60,088 bases of DNA from an uncultured virus (IMG/VR IMGVR_UViG_3300027861_004722) (taxonomy: Duplodnaviria > Heunggongvirae > Uroviricota > Caudoviricetes). This document shows positions 27,961-36,267 of the stretch, one piece after another. The stretch lies in the IMG/VR virus record IMGVR_UViG_3300027861_004722. One strand, given 5' to 3'. A program made the translations under genes and the position numbers. Below the pieces are notes generated by a model, which saw nothing but the letters and a program-made list of their open reading frames with translations, was not told the origin of the DNA and searched no databases. Within the stretch, counting starts at the first letter, position 1, and each line of letters starts with the position of its first letter.

Positions 27961-28931
27961 TAGTCTTCATCTTCGAACTCTTCGCGAAGCTCATCTTCAT
28001 CTAAAGCAGATCCAGCTTCCCTAGCTTGCTGCTGTAGTTCGGCGGTAAGAAGATTAGGTAAAGCAGCAGACATTTCTTCTAAACCGCTGCCGTGCCAGGC
28101 AACCTTGCTCGGATCGTGCGGCTTCTTGTATATAGTAGTACCATCACGAAGAGTTAGATAATTAAGTCTATCTATATTAATTTCATCCTCACTGGCCTCA
28201 ACATACTCTTCTATCCCATAAAAATAAGGTGTTGTATCATAGCTTGGGTTTTCTGCTGACAGTTTGTAAGGTGCAGGAATTACTATATGAACAATTTCAG
28301 TATCGTAAATATCCCTCATGATTCTTGTTTGCGGAACAGCTCGCATAGCAAGTCGCATGGCTGTTTTTCGCAAGTCCGCCCCCTCTATCACTGCAAGTAT
28401 GGCTTTGGGCAGCAACTCCCTAACGATCTCCGGATTAGCCCTATTACCTATATCTCCCCCACCATAACCAATACCAAAGTATTCTAATTCCCCGAGATTC
28501 GAGGAACCCAGTAGATCTACTATTTCATCCTCATAATTTTCGAGAACCTCTAAGATATCTGCTACTGATTCAAGTAGGAGGCCTTGGCGAACATTATCAA
28601 CAATAATAGCCTGCATTAACTCTGCAAATTCTTGTGCTGTGGAATAGGCATCAGCGTCTAGTTCCCCATAGTTACCATCCTTTGGGACAATACCAACTAT
28701 TACTCCCGGAGATACAATATCCAGCATATCATAATCATTAAAACCTAGAACTTGCCTATCAATAGCATAAGTGAGTGCTACAAATGCGTGCGGGGTGACA
28801 TGGACTCCAGTATACAGGTCGTCTAACTCAAAATAGTCCAATACTCTGCGAGAGGCTAGCTCTCCCATTCTATGTAATTTTGTTTTAGGTTTAGGTGGCT
28901 CTATATCAATAGGGTTTTCTTCCCAATACAT
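27957..28931 (-). CDS. acidic protein, possible circularly permuted ADP-ribosyltransferase fold
   Basis: AGGAG SD before MYWEENP; GVHVT....ALTYA near N-terminus and AWHGS near C-terminus. Confidence 0.55.
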   Translation of the reverse strand: MYWEENPIDIEPPKPKTKLHRMGELASRRVLDYFELDDLYTGVHVTPHAFVALTYAIDRQVLGFNDYDMLDIVSPGVIVGIVPKDGNYGELDADAYSTAQEFAELMQAIIVDNVRQGLLLESVADILEVLENYEDEIVDLLGSSNLGELEYFGIGYGGGDIGNRANPEIVRELLPKAILAVIEGADLRKTAMRLAMRAVPQTRIMRDIYDTEIVHIVIPAPYKLSAENPSYDTTPYFYGIEEYVEASEDEINIDRLNYLTLRDGTTIYKKPHDPSKVAWHGSGLEEMSAALPNLLTAELQQQAREAGSALDEDELREEFEDEDY

Positions 28932-28932
28932 A

Positions 28933-29649
28933 CTAGGCTCCTGTGTCGGCGTCTGCTGGCCTCTTGGCTGCTGGCTTTTTCTTTCTTCGCTTACGTCTTT
29001 TGGGAGGAGCTTGCTCTTTAATAACAGCCTTCTGAACACGAGTAACAATAACAAGAGCTATAACCATAAAGATACCCGTTGCTGCACGAAGGAGCAGGTT
29101 CATTGACCCGAGATCTTCTTTATGGGTTTTAAAGAAGCTGTGCTTCTTCTCACCTTTAAAACGTTGAATGTAAGCCATTCTGCCAGCATCATGGGCATTT
29201 TTGCAACCCGTTGCCCAGATAGGACCAATATCCCGAGGAACAGGGGTGCCAGGCTTAACAAAGCCGCTACGACTAATACTAGCCCATACTTTTCTAGGCT
29301 TGCCAATAGCATCTTTAGTAGTCATTGGGTAGTAGATATCTGCATTACAGTTACCTCTGTAGGTCATATCGCTACTTAAAACCTTGGTAAGGGCTTCCTC
29401 ATATTCCGGAGTCCCAGCACGAAATCTCCCATTCTTTCCAAGCCGTGTAGCTACACTATTAATTCTTTGGGCGATATACTTTATATATTGCTTCTTCTCT
29501 TCATCATTCTCTAGCTTAGATGAAAATTTTCTTTGAAGTTGGCCAACTTTGACAGCATGATGAGCCTGAACACCAACATTGACTATTGCCGTGCCTACCA
29601 TAGCAGCACCCTGCCCTAATCCCTGCCCTAAACCCGTGTAGATGTACAT
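28933..29649 (-). CDS. membrane protein, paralog 3 of tandem triplet
   Basis: GLGQGLGQG; YRGNC..WATGCK core; C-terminal TM + basic tail. Confidence 0.8.
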   Translation of the reverse strand: MYIYTGLGQGLGQGAAMVGTAIVNVGVQAHHAVKVGQLQRKFSSKLENDEEKKQYIKYIAQRINSVATRLGKNGRFRAGTPEYEEALTKVLSSDMTYRGNCNADIYYPMTTKDAIGKPRKVWASISRSGFVKPGTPVPRDIGPIWATGCKNAHDAGRMAYIQRFKGEKKHSFFKTHKEDLGSMNLLLRAATGIFMVIALVIVTRVQKAVIKEQAPPKRRKRRKKKPAAKRPADADTGA

Positions 29650-29686
29650 AACAGTATTCTAACAAATTGGAAGTAGAAATCTGCTG

Positions 29687-30460
29687 CTATTCGCCGGAAT
29701 CCGCTTGCAGTTTAGGTTTGGATGCTCTTCTTTGGGCTTTTAGCTGACGCATATATTTTAATTTCTTCTTTTGTCTAATAGAATACCCAGCTAATCCTAG
29801 AATAATTCCAGCATTTATAAGCAAGCGTGTCACCATAGCACGTTTAGCTTCTTGCTTTTCTTTATCAATATCTCTCTGAAAAAGGATGTTTTCTTTTTGC
29901 TCCATTGCCCAAGCCTTAAGGGCTGCTTTGTGGAACTCCTTGCATGCCTCTAGCCATTTAGGACCAAGAGCATTATCTATATGCGGGTTAAAAGCTTGCA
30001 TTTTTCCACGACTATCAATAGAAGCAATTACTGGTCGTTTTTTACCGGCAGCGGCAGGGCCTAAAATATCTATACTGCAGCGACCCTTGTATCCTATTTC
30101 ACTACGTAATTTTTTAGTCAGCGCTACATCAAATCCCGGAGTGCCCGGTTTGAGACCTAATGTTTGCAGATAAACCATTGCTGGCCCCATGCGCTCAAGA
30201 GCCGAGATGAAGAGTTGCGTGTTATACCGTTTTAGTAGCTGAGCATAGAAGGCTTTTTGTAGGGCCTTTCTCTCTTTTTTCTTTGATCGTGCACTTATTG
30301 CTAAGTCTACAATTCCCCCGATAACAGCCCCAGCTATTGTGCCTACGCCCGGAAATATAGTACCAATTCCCGCACCTAAAGAAGCATAGGATACGTAACC
30401 ACCAGGACCTATGGCTGGCACTCCATCAAATTCTCCTAAACTAGTAGATTTTTCTTCCAT
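29687..30460 (-). CDS. membrane protein, paralog 2 of tandem triplet
   Basis: Gly-zipper GAGIGTIFPGVGTIAGAVIGG; YKGRC..WLEACK; C-terminal TM. Confidence 0.8.
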   Translation of the reverse strand: MEEKSTSLGEFDGVPAIGPGGYVSYASLGAGIGTIFPGVGTIAGAVIGGIVDLAISARSKKKERKALQKAFYAQLLKRYNTQLFISALERMGPAMVYLQTLGLKPGTPGFDVALTKKLRSEIGYKGRCSIDILGPAAAGKKRPVIASIDSRGKMQAFNPHIDNALGPKWLEACKEFHKAALKAWAMEQKENILFQRDIDKEKQEAKRAMVTRLLINAGIILGLAGYSIRQKKKLKYMRQLKAQRRASKPKLQADSGE

Positions 30461-31209
30461 TATTTAATTGTAAGCCCATATTTGATTACGAAGAATAGCA
30501 AAATGGCAAAAGAAATACCAAACACTGCTCTAAGTATTTTAACGCCCTTTTCGCGAGTCTGTTGAAAAGCCTCTAACTCTTGGACACGCCCTTGCTGTAT
30601 TAAAAGATCTTGATAGGTATTAGCCCAGCCATCTTTAAGCCCTTTACAGTTGGTGTACCAGTGAGCTGAGATATTAGCTGGTACAGCATCCATATTTACG
30701 GGCTCTAGAACCCTACCATTTTGCTTAACATAGAACCAGATTGGTCTAGGCTTTTTACTGCCCGGGATCCAAGCAGTCATGTTACAGTTGCCTCGATAGC
30801 CTATTGTTTCAAACAGATTGTCATATAAAACTTTTTCGAACTCTGGAGTAGTGGGGTCTATGCCGTGCTCTTGCACCACAACACTGCCTACTTCATTTAT
30901 TTCTGTCAGGAGATCATCAATGCCTGTGACTTGTGCTTTTTGTTTTCTAGTGAGTCGTGTTTTTAGCTTTAGACGTTTTTTGCTACTGAAATATTGCCAG
31001 GCTCCGATACCCAAAGCCCCCACCAAGTTAATAGTAGTTGCCCAAAGACCCGCAGTTGCAGTTGCCGAAGTTCCTGTTCTGGCTATTTCTTGAGAAATTG
31101 CATACCTGGCTGCTCCTTGAGCTAGGGTTCCTGTTACCCCCCTAACCAAGGCCTTTTCCTTAGCCTGTTTCGCAAATTCTTTCTGTCGTAGTTCCCATGC
31201 GGTAGCCAA
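30460..31209 (-). CDS. membrane protein, paralog 1 of tandem triplet
   Basis: GAGGTG SD + TTG; YRGNC..WYTNCK; two hydrophobic segments. Confidence 0.8.
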   Translation of the reverse strand: MATAWELRQKEFAKQAKEKALVRGVTGTLAQGAARYAISQEIARTGTSATATAGLWATTINLVGALGIGAWQYFSSKKRLKLKTRLTRKQKAQVTGIDDLLTEINEVGSVVVQEHGIDPTTPEFEKVLYDNLFETIGYRGNCNMTAWIPGSKKPRPIWFYVKQNGRVLEPVNMDAVPANISAHWYTNCKGLKDGWANTYQDLLIQQGRVQELEAFQQTREKGVKILRAVFGISFAILLFFVIKYGLTIK

Positions 31210-31290
31210 AGTATCTCACCTCTTAAATTATTTTAACAAAATCCTTGAATGTACCCCAGAACATTTGATAATCTATCTATAGGAGTTATT

Positions 31291-31650
31291 ATGAAACATA
31301 GATTATCAGACAACGTTAAGATTTGCGGCGGCGCTGCAGACCGACCAGGAATTATTAAACCATTTATGGTCCCAACCCAACTTAGACACCAGGTAACCCC
31401 CGGAGCTAAGAAAACGCCACTAACATTCACACCCACAGGAAAGACCCTAGTAGGGGGAACCCAATGGCGGTTCTCTACCCAACGCCCAGGAATCGCGGAG
31501 TCTTTGATTGTCGCTAAGAAGTCTACAGAAGCCACAGTAGCCAAAGTTAGAGCGGGAGCAAAAGGCCACCCTAAGATGGCAGCTAAAGCTGTAGCTAAAG
31601 CCGCAGTAGCTAAAGCGAAAGCTTCCGGTATTTCCGGTTACACCTGGTAA
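31291..31650 (+). CDS. small basic Ala/Lys-rich protein (candidate DNA-binding core protein)
   Basis: AGGAG SD; AAKAVAKAAVAKAKA; own terminator. Confidence 0.65.
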   Translation: MKHRLSDNVKICGGAADRPGIIKPFMVPTQLRHQVTPGAKKTPLTFTPTGKTLVGGTQWRFSTQRPGIAESLIVAKKSTEATVAKVRAGAKGHPKMAAKAVAKAAVAKAKASGISGYTW

Positions 31651-31715
31651 ACCCACCCTTAACTAATGATAACTCCTTGCTTGTGAGGGCAGGCACGGGT
31701 GTAGGCTTTAGAATT

Positions 31716-31750
31716 TAAAAAAACACCACCCTCAGGGTGGTGTTTTTTTA
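31716..31750. terminator. intrinsic terminator
   Basis: TAAAAAAACACCACCC-TCA-GGGTGGTGTTTTTTTA, perfect 16-bp arms. Confidence 0.88.
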
Positions 31751-31759
31751 TTCCACTAT

Positions 31760-31787
31760 TTGACTAAAAGAAAGCGGCGTATATACT
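31760..31787 (+). promoter_or_regulatory. sigma70-type promoter, leaderless geometry
   Basis: TTGACT-16-TATACT, ATG 6 nt downstream. Confidence 0.7.
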
Positions 31788-31793
31788 TCAAGT

Positions 31794-32651
31794 ATGACTG
31801 ATTACAACATTTTAAATCGTGCCTCATTCGATGATATGCGGAAAACCTTTAAACTATCCATACAGCCTTTTATCGTCCAAGGCGGCGGGGTTTTGGATCT
31901 TGGGGGACCAGACAATGTGTTTTGGATTAAATCCGTTTCTTGGAAATATAATTATACTGATGTAAATATTCCAACTGCTACTAGAACTAAAATTAATAAA
32001 ATTAAGATCGCAATAGAAAATCTTTTTCCACAAGCTATTGATACAGCATTGCCACCTTTCGTGGAACCACGACCTATGGTAGGTCGTATTCATTTTAATG
32101 TGGAAAACACAAATGTATCCAATAATCATAGATTAGATATAGAGTTTTATCTTGATGGAGTATTAGTAGTACCAAGACCAGGAGTAGAGCCCCCATCTCT
32201 CAAGGAGATGAAAGGCTACATAATGCTCGATAGCACTGCCAGAGGCCAGGAAGCTCTGAAAGAGGCCCAAGGCGATAAATTAGATGAGTTACTTGTCCAA
32301 AGCGGGCTTGGATCCTTGCGTGATGCTATACCCGGTGGGGGGATGTCAGCTTTGCTATCCCTGCCCCCAGCCCTGCAAGGAGCAGTATTGCAGGGACTAG
32401 CAGCCAAAGGTGACATCCCTGAGTTTATGATTCCCAGCATAATGGGAGCAGGAGCACCTCTGGCCCTCGGAGGCTCTGGCTTCCAACAACAACCATTAGC
32501 TCTTCCTGACTTGGATAGAGAAAAAGAAACTAGTTCTTTTTTGGGAGACTTGTTCGCAACATGCCCAGAAGAGTGCCAGGACACCTTAAAACCACGCCAT
32601 CTAAAGCAGATAGCAGTGGATATGATTGAGAAAGGCTGGAGAAGGGTCTAG
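31794..32651 (+). CDS. hypothetical protein, paralog of 56716-57450
   Basis: DYNILNRASF, KEMKGY..LD, KGWRR shared with paralog. Confidence 0.75.
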   Translation: MTDYNILNRASFDDMRKTFKLSIQPFIVQGGGVLDLGGPDNVFWIKSVSWKYNYTDVNIPTATRTKINKIKIAIENLFPQAIDTALPPFVEPRPMVGRIHFNVENTNVSNNHRLDIEFYLDGVLVVPRPGVEPPSLKEMKGYIMLDSTARGQEALKEAQGDKLDELLVQSGLGSLRDAIPGGGMSALLSLPPALQGAVLQGLAAKGDIPEFMIPSIMGAGAPLALGGSGFQQQPLALPDLDREKETSSFLGDLFATCPEECQDTLKPRHLKQIAVDMIEKGWRRV

Positions 32652-33431
32652 ATGCCCAGAAATTCAAAACGCTCAGAGCGAGGAGAAAGAAAACGAAAAG
32701 TAAGGGCGGTGGATACTCCTCAAAATAAAACACCAGCCGCCTCTGTATTACACCCAATTGAGCCCAAGACTGCTGGCCAAGAAATATACTTAGATGCTAT
32801 TAAGAATAAACCAGTCGTAGTATGCAATGGTCCAGCAGGAACAGGCAAAACCTTTATCTCCTTTGGGTGCGCCTTACGAGAATATATAACTAATAAAGAT
32901 ATTCTCAGAATTGTTATAGTTCGACCAACAATTACTGCTGGCGATGAGCCAGGTCTGGGATTTTTGCCAGGAAGTCTTCACGATAAGATGGCACCCTTTA
33001 TGGCACCTATTTTACGAGATTCCGCACCATTGCTTATCAAGAAAGCTAAGAGAAGTTCTTCTGATAATCGTTTTATAGAGCGATTCGGGAATAGCAACAG
33101 TGACTACGTTAGTAACATATTAAGCAGATTTGATATAGAGATCGTGCCCCTACATTTGATGCGAGGGCGCTCTTTTCACAACTCTTTCGTAATCTTGGAT
33201 GAGGCCCAGAACTGTAAAATGGAGGATTTCAAACTCTTTTTGACACGTATTGGTCGAAAAAGCCGAGTTGTAATTGAAGGAGATGCTACCCAAAAAGACA
33301 GGCCTGGCGGTGCTTTGCCTGAATTAATGGAAAGACTAGATGGATTATCTATGGTCGAAACTGTAAAACTGGAAAGAGTAGATATTATCAGAAATCCCAT
33401 GATTAGTGATATCCTCGAACGTCTTAAATGA
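32652..33431 (+). CDS. phoH: PhoH-like ATPase
   Basis: GPAGTGKT, LGFLPG, MRGRSF, LDEAQN, LTRIG, GDxxQxD. Confidence 0.93.
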   Translation: MPRNSKRSERGERKRKVRAVDTPQNKTPAASVLHPIEPKTAGQEIYLDAIKNKPVVVCNGPAGTGKTFISFGCALREYITNKDILRIVIVRPTITAGDEPGLGFLPGSLHDKMAPFMAPILRDSAPLLIKKAKRSSSDNRFIERFGNSNSDYVSNILSRFDIEIVPLHLMRGRSFHNSFVILDEAQNCKMEDFKLFLTRIGRKSRVVIEGDATQKDRPGGALPELMERLDGLSMVETVKLERVDIIRNPMISDILERLK

Positions 33432-33488
33432 TCGTCCCAACCTAGATTTATCCTCTCTGCCTCTTACAATAGGTAGAGAGGATAAATT

Positions 33489-34076
33489 ATGCCCTGGATT
33501 TTTACTTACTCAGACTTAGGACCACAAGTTGTCGAGAAGCTGCTAGGAAGAGCACCTTTCTGCTCACTACCTGCATCACTCCCTAATTACAAAGTTGTTT
33601 TCAAGGGCAGGAGCCGAAAATGGGGTGGGGCTCTCGCAACGTTAGAAAAAACACGTAAATCCTGGGTTTATGGGTCCGCACTACTACTAACCCCCGGTGA
33701 GATGAAGACTATAACCAAGTATTACTCCGCATTTGAGCCCAAGGATCTTACAGTCCGACTAGATGCAACAGAAGATAAAATTAAGGCTAGAACCTTTTTT
33801 CTCAAAACTACTCTGCCCTACGCAGACCCCAGCGAAGACTATACTAAGGCAATCTTAAAGCACCTTAAATTTTTCTGGGGCCAGACTGGTTCTGGAAAGA
33901 TGGGCTTAAGTAATTTCAATATCAATGAAGCCCCTCCGGAGAAAAAAGCACGCGCTGAGAAGCCTAAGCCACAAAAAGCCGAAACTCAAAAAGATGAGCA
34001 GGAGCAGGAGCAGGAACAAGAACAAAAAACTACACCTAAAAAAACAAGACGCCGTAGAACTATGAAGAAGAAATAA
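33489..34076 (+). CDS. gamma-glutamylcyclotransferase-like fold (degenerate) with EQ repeat and basic tail
   Basis: WIFTY, LPNYKVVF, WGGALATL, VYG, PSEDY. Confidence 0.6.
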   Translation: MPWIFTYSDLGPQVVEKLLGRAPFCSLPASLPNYKVVFKGRSRKWGGALATLEKTRKSWVYGSALLLTPGEMKTITKYYSAFEPKDLTVRLDATEDKIKARTFFLKTTLPYADPSEDYTKAILKHLKFFWGQTGSGKMGLSNFNINEAPPEKKARAEKPKPQKAETQKDEQEQEQEQEQKTTPKKTRRRRTMKKK

Positions 34077-34079
34077 TTT

Positions 34080-34748
34080 ATGAATGACGGAAATTTAGTA
34101 ATCAAAACTTTTGACCATTTCAGAGATCGCGGTTGGATGCCAGGATCTTCCGGTGCCTTGGCCTTAATGTGCAGTATCACAGATAGCAGCAATAAAATAT
34201 ATGTTACCCCTGACCAAGCTGATAAGAGATTAACTACAAATGATCTGTTTATCTTAAGAAGTTTATATGGAAAGCCGGATCTGCAGGAACCTCTCAATAA
34301 GATAGATGAACATATGGATCTATCAAAATGGGCCCCCGCTTTCCTGCACGTATTAGAGCAATACCCACAAACTAGAGCCTTGGCCCAGGTAACCACCAAA
34401 TGGAGCGTCTTAGCAGCTAGAATGGCATTAGATGCATGGAAAAAGAGATCTGATAACCACCCAAACGTACTCAGGCTTTCTTACTGGGAGCTTTTAAAGG
34501 ATCTGGGCAGTGACAAAGAACTCCTCATTCCTATTATTAACCTTTCTGACCCAGATTCTATGCTAACCGAAATTAAATCTCTATTATCCTCTTACCCTGG
34601 GACTTGCGCAATTCTAGTTAGGGATTATGGTATGGTAGTTTGGGGCAACTCATTCGATCAAATCGAAAGACGCGTTGAAGTTTTGGAGTATGTGTGCGAA
34701 ATGCAGATTTACAGTTATACATTGCTATCTCCCCCCTCTTATGTATAA
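34080..34748 (+). CDS. class II aldolase / MtnB(APIP)-like protein, metal ligands lost
   Basis: GWMPGSSG, IYVTP, IPII, AILVRDYGMVVWG. Confidence 0.75.
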   Translation: MNDGNLVIKTFDHFRDRGWMPGSSGALALMCSITDSSNKIYVTPDQADKRLTTNDLFILRSLYGKPDLQEPLNKIDEHMDLSKWAPAFLHVLEQYPQTRALAQVTTKWSVLAARMALDAWKKRSDNHPNVLRLSYWELLKDLGSDKELLIPIINLSDPDSMLTEIKSLLSSYPGTCAILVRDYGMVVWGNSFDQIERRVEVLEYVCEMQIYSYTLLSPPSYV

Positions 34749-34757
34749 TTAAGGCAT

Positions 34758-34988
34758 ATGAGAGATTATTTCGCAGAATTTATACTTGGACCAAAAACCC
34801 AAGCAGCGCCCCTAGGCAGTACCCCAAATTTAGGTATACTAGGACATACACTGGAACACTCCTCGATGTCAAAGAAACATCACATATTGTGGGCTCTTAC
34901 TGCCACTGCCGTGGCAGTGGCTTCTTGGAAGGTGAGCCAATGGCGCACCAGCCACAAATTTCTTAAAAACAATCAAGCTGAAGGCTAG
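34758..34988 (+). CDS. small LG-motif membrane protein
   Basis: PLGSTPNLGILG; TM ILWALTATAVAVASW; TATAAT upstream. Confidence 0.6.
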   Translation: MRDYFAEFILGPKTQAAPLGSTPNLGILGHTLEHSSMSKKHHILWALTATAVAVASWKVSQWRTSHKFLKNNQAEG

Positions 34989-34993
34989 AACCA

Positions 34994-36055
34994 ATGACAA
35001 TGCACGGTATTGATAGGGACGTAGAACGTTTTCGACAAATTATTCGCGGTCAGATCAAGCAAGACCTTAAAAAATATATGTCCCAAGATGGCATTAAGGT
35101 TTACGGAAAGGAAGGTCGCCATAAGATCACAGTACCTCTCCCCCAGATTCAGCTCCCAAGATTTATTTATGGAGAAAAAGGGGGTGGTGTTGGGCAGGGC
35201 TCTGGGCAAGGTAATGAAGCAGGGGACCAAGAAGCAGATAACCCTCTAGAGGTCAATGTCACTCTTGAGGAGATGGCAGAACTTCTTGGTGAAGAACTAG
35301 AGCTTCCTCGGATTGAACCTAAGGGAAAAAGTGAGATCACAGTTGACTCCAAAAAGTATCGCTCCATACGAACAACAGGACCAGAGTCCCTAAGGCACTT
35401 CAAGAAGACTTTCCGCGCAGCCCTTAAGAGGCAGATGGCAGAGGGTACCTACGATCCGGATGATCCTTCAATCATGCCTATGAAAGAGGATAAGAGATAT
35501 AGAGCCTCGAAGCCTATCACTATCCCGCATAATCAAGCTGTGATTATCTATATGATGGATGTCTCTGGTTCCATGGGTATGCACGAGAAGGAAATGTCTC
35601 GACTAACAAGTTTCTGGATTGATCTGTGGCTACGCAGTCAATATAAGAACATTAGATCTCGATACATCATTCACAACACATCTGCCAAAGAAGTAGATCA
35701 GCATACTTTCTATCATACTATGGAAGGCGGGGGCACTCGTATTGCGTCTGCTTACGAACTAGCAAGAGATATGATTAAATCTGACTACCCACCGGCTGAT
35801 TGGAATACCTACATCTTCCAATATTCTGATGGAGATGACTGGGGCGGCGGGTCTTCTAAAGAAGCTTGCGATATTATCCAAGAGTTGCTGCCCGGGCTAA
35901 ACCAAGTCAGCTACTGCCAGGTAAGAGAAGAAGGTGACTTTATGCATACGATCAAAGAGCGTTTCCAGAAAGAGTCTAAGGTAATCACCACCACAGCATT
36001 CCAGAAGGATCAAATTTTGGATGCTATTAAGAGTTTCTTCGCAGCAGGCCATTAA
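34994..36055 (+). CDS. DUF444 / YeaH-YhbH family vWA protein
   Basis: IDRDVERFRQIIRG, ELELPRIEPKG, MMDVSGSM (MIDAS), GGTRI, SDGD. Confidence 0.92.
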   Translation: MTMHGIDRDVERFRQIIRGQIKQDLKKYMSQDGIKVYGKEGRHKITVPLPQIQLPRFIYGEKGGGVGQGSGQGNEAGDQEADNPLEVNVTLEEMAELLGEELELPRIEPKGKSEITVDSKKYRSIRTTGPESLRHFKKTFRAALKRQMAEGTYDPDDPSIMPMKEDKRYRASKPITIPHNQAVIIYMMDVSGSMGMHEKEMSRLTSFWIDLWLRSQYKNIRSRYIIHNTSAKEVDQHTFYHTMEGGGTRIASAYELARDMIKSDYPPADWNTYIFQYSDGDDWGGGSSKEACDIIQELLPGLNQVSYCQVREEGDFMHTIKERFQKESKVITTTAFQKDQILDAIKSFFAAGH

Positions 36056-36183
36056 TGCTCGATCATGATCCAAACACTAAGTGTGATTGCGGGCATACAT
36101 TACGTCAACACCAAACTGAACATGGAGAGTGTGGTGTTGGCGAGTGCTCTTGTGATCTCATGTCCACCGGCCAGTGCGGATAA
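36055..36183 (+). CDS. 42-aa Cys/His Zn-finger microprotein, absent from ORF track
   Basis: TAATG overlap; MLDHDPNTKCDCGHTLRQHQTEHGECGVGECSCDLMSTGQCG. Confidence 0.6.
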   Translation: MLDHDPNTKCDCGHTLRQHQTEHGECGVGECSCDLMSTGQCG

Positions 36184-36267
36184 GACCGAACCAACACCTA
36201 AAATTTAATAGCGGTTGATATTTTAGTCCCACCGTGGACATTTACTTGCAACTTGCTAAGCTACATT

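Noticed and set aside
31655..31710. Fluoride riboswitch-like CTAATGA..CTCC
   Set aside because: Lacks the 5' GGxGAUG..CC element and lies downstream of a gene; kept only as a possible structured UTR.
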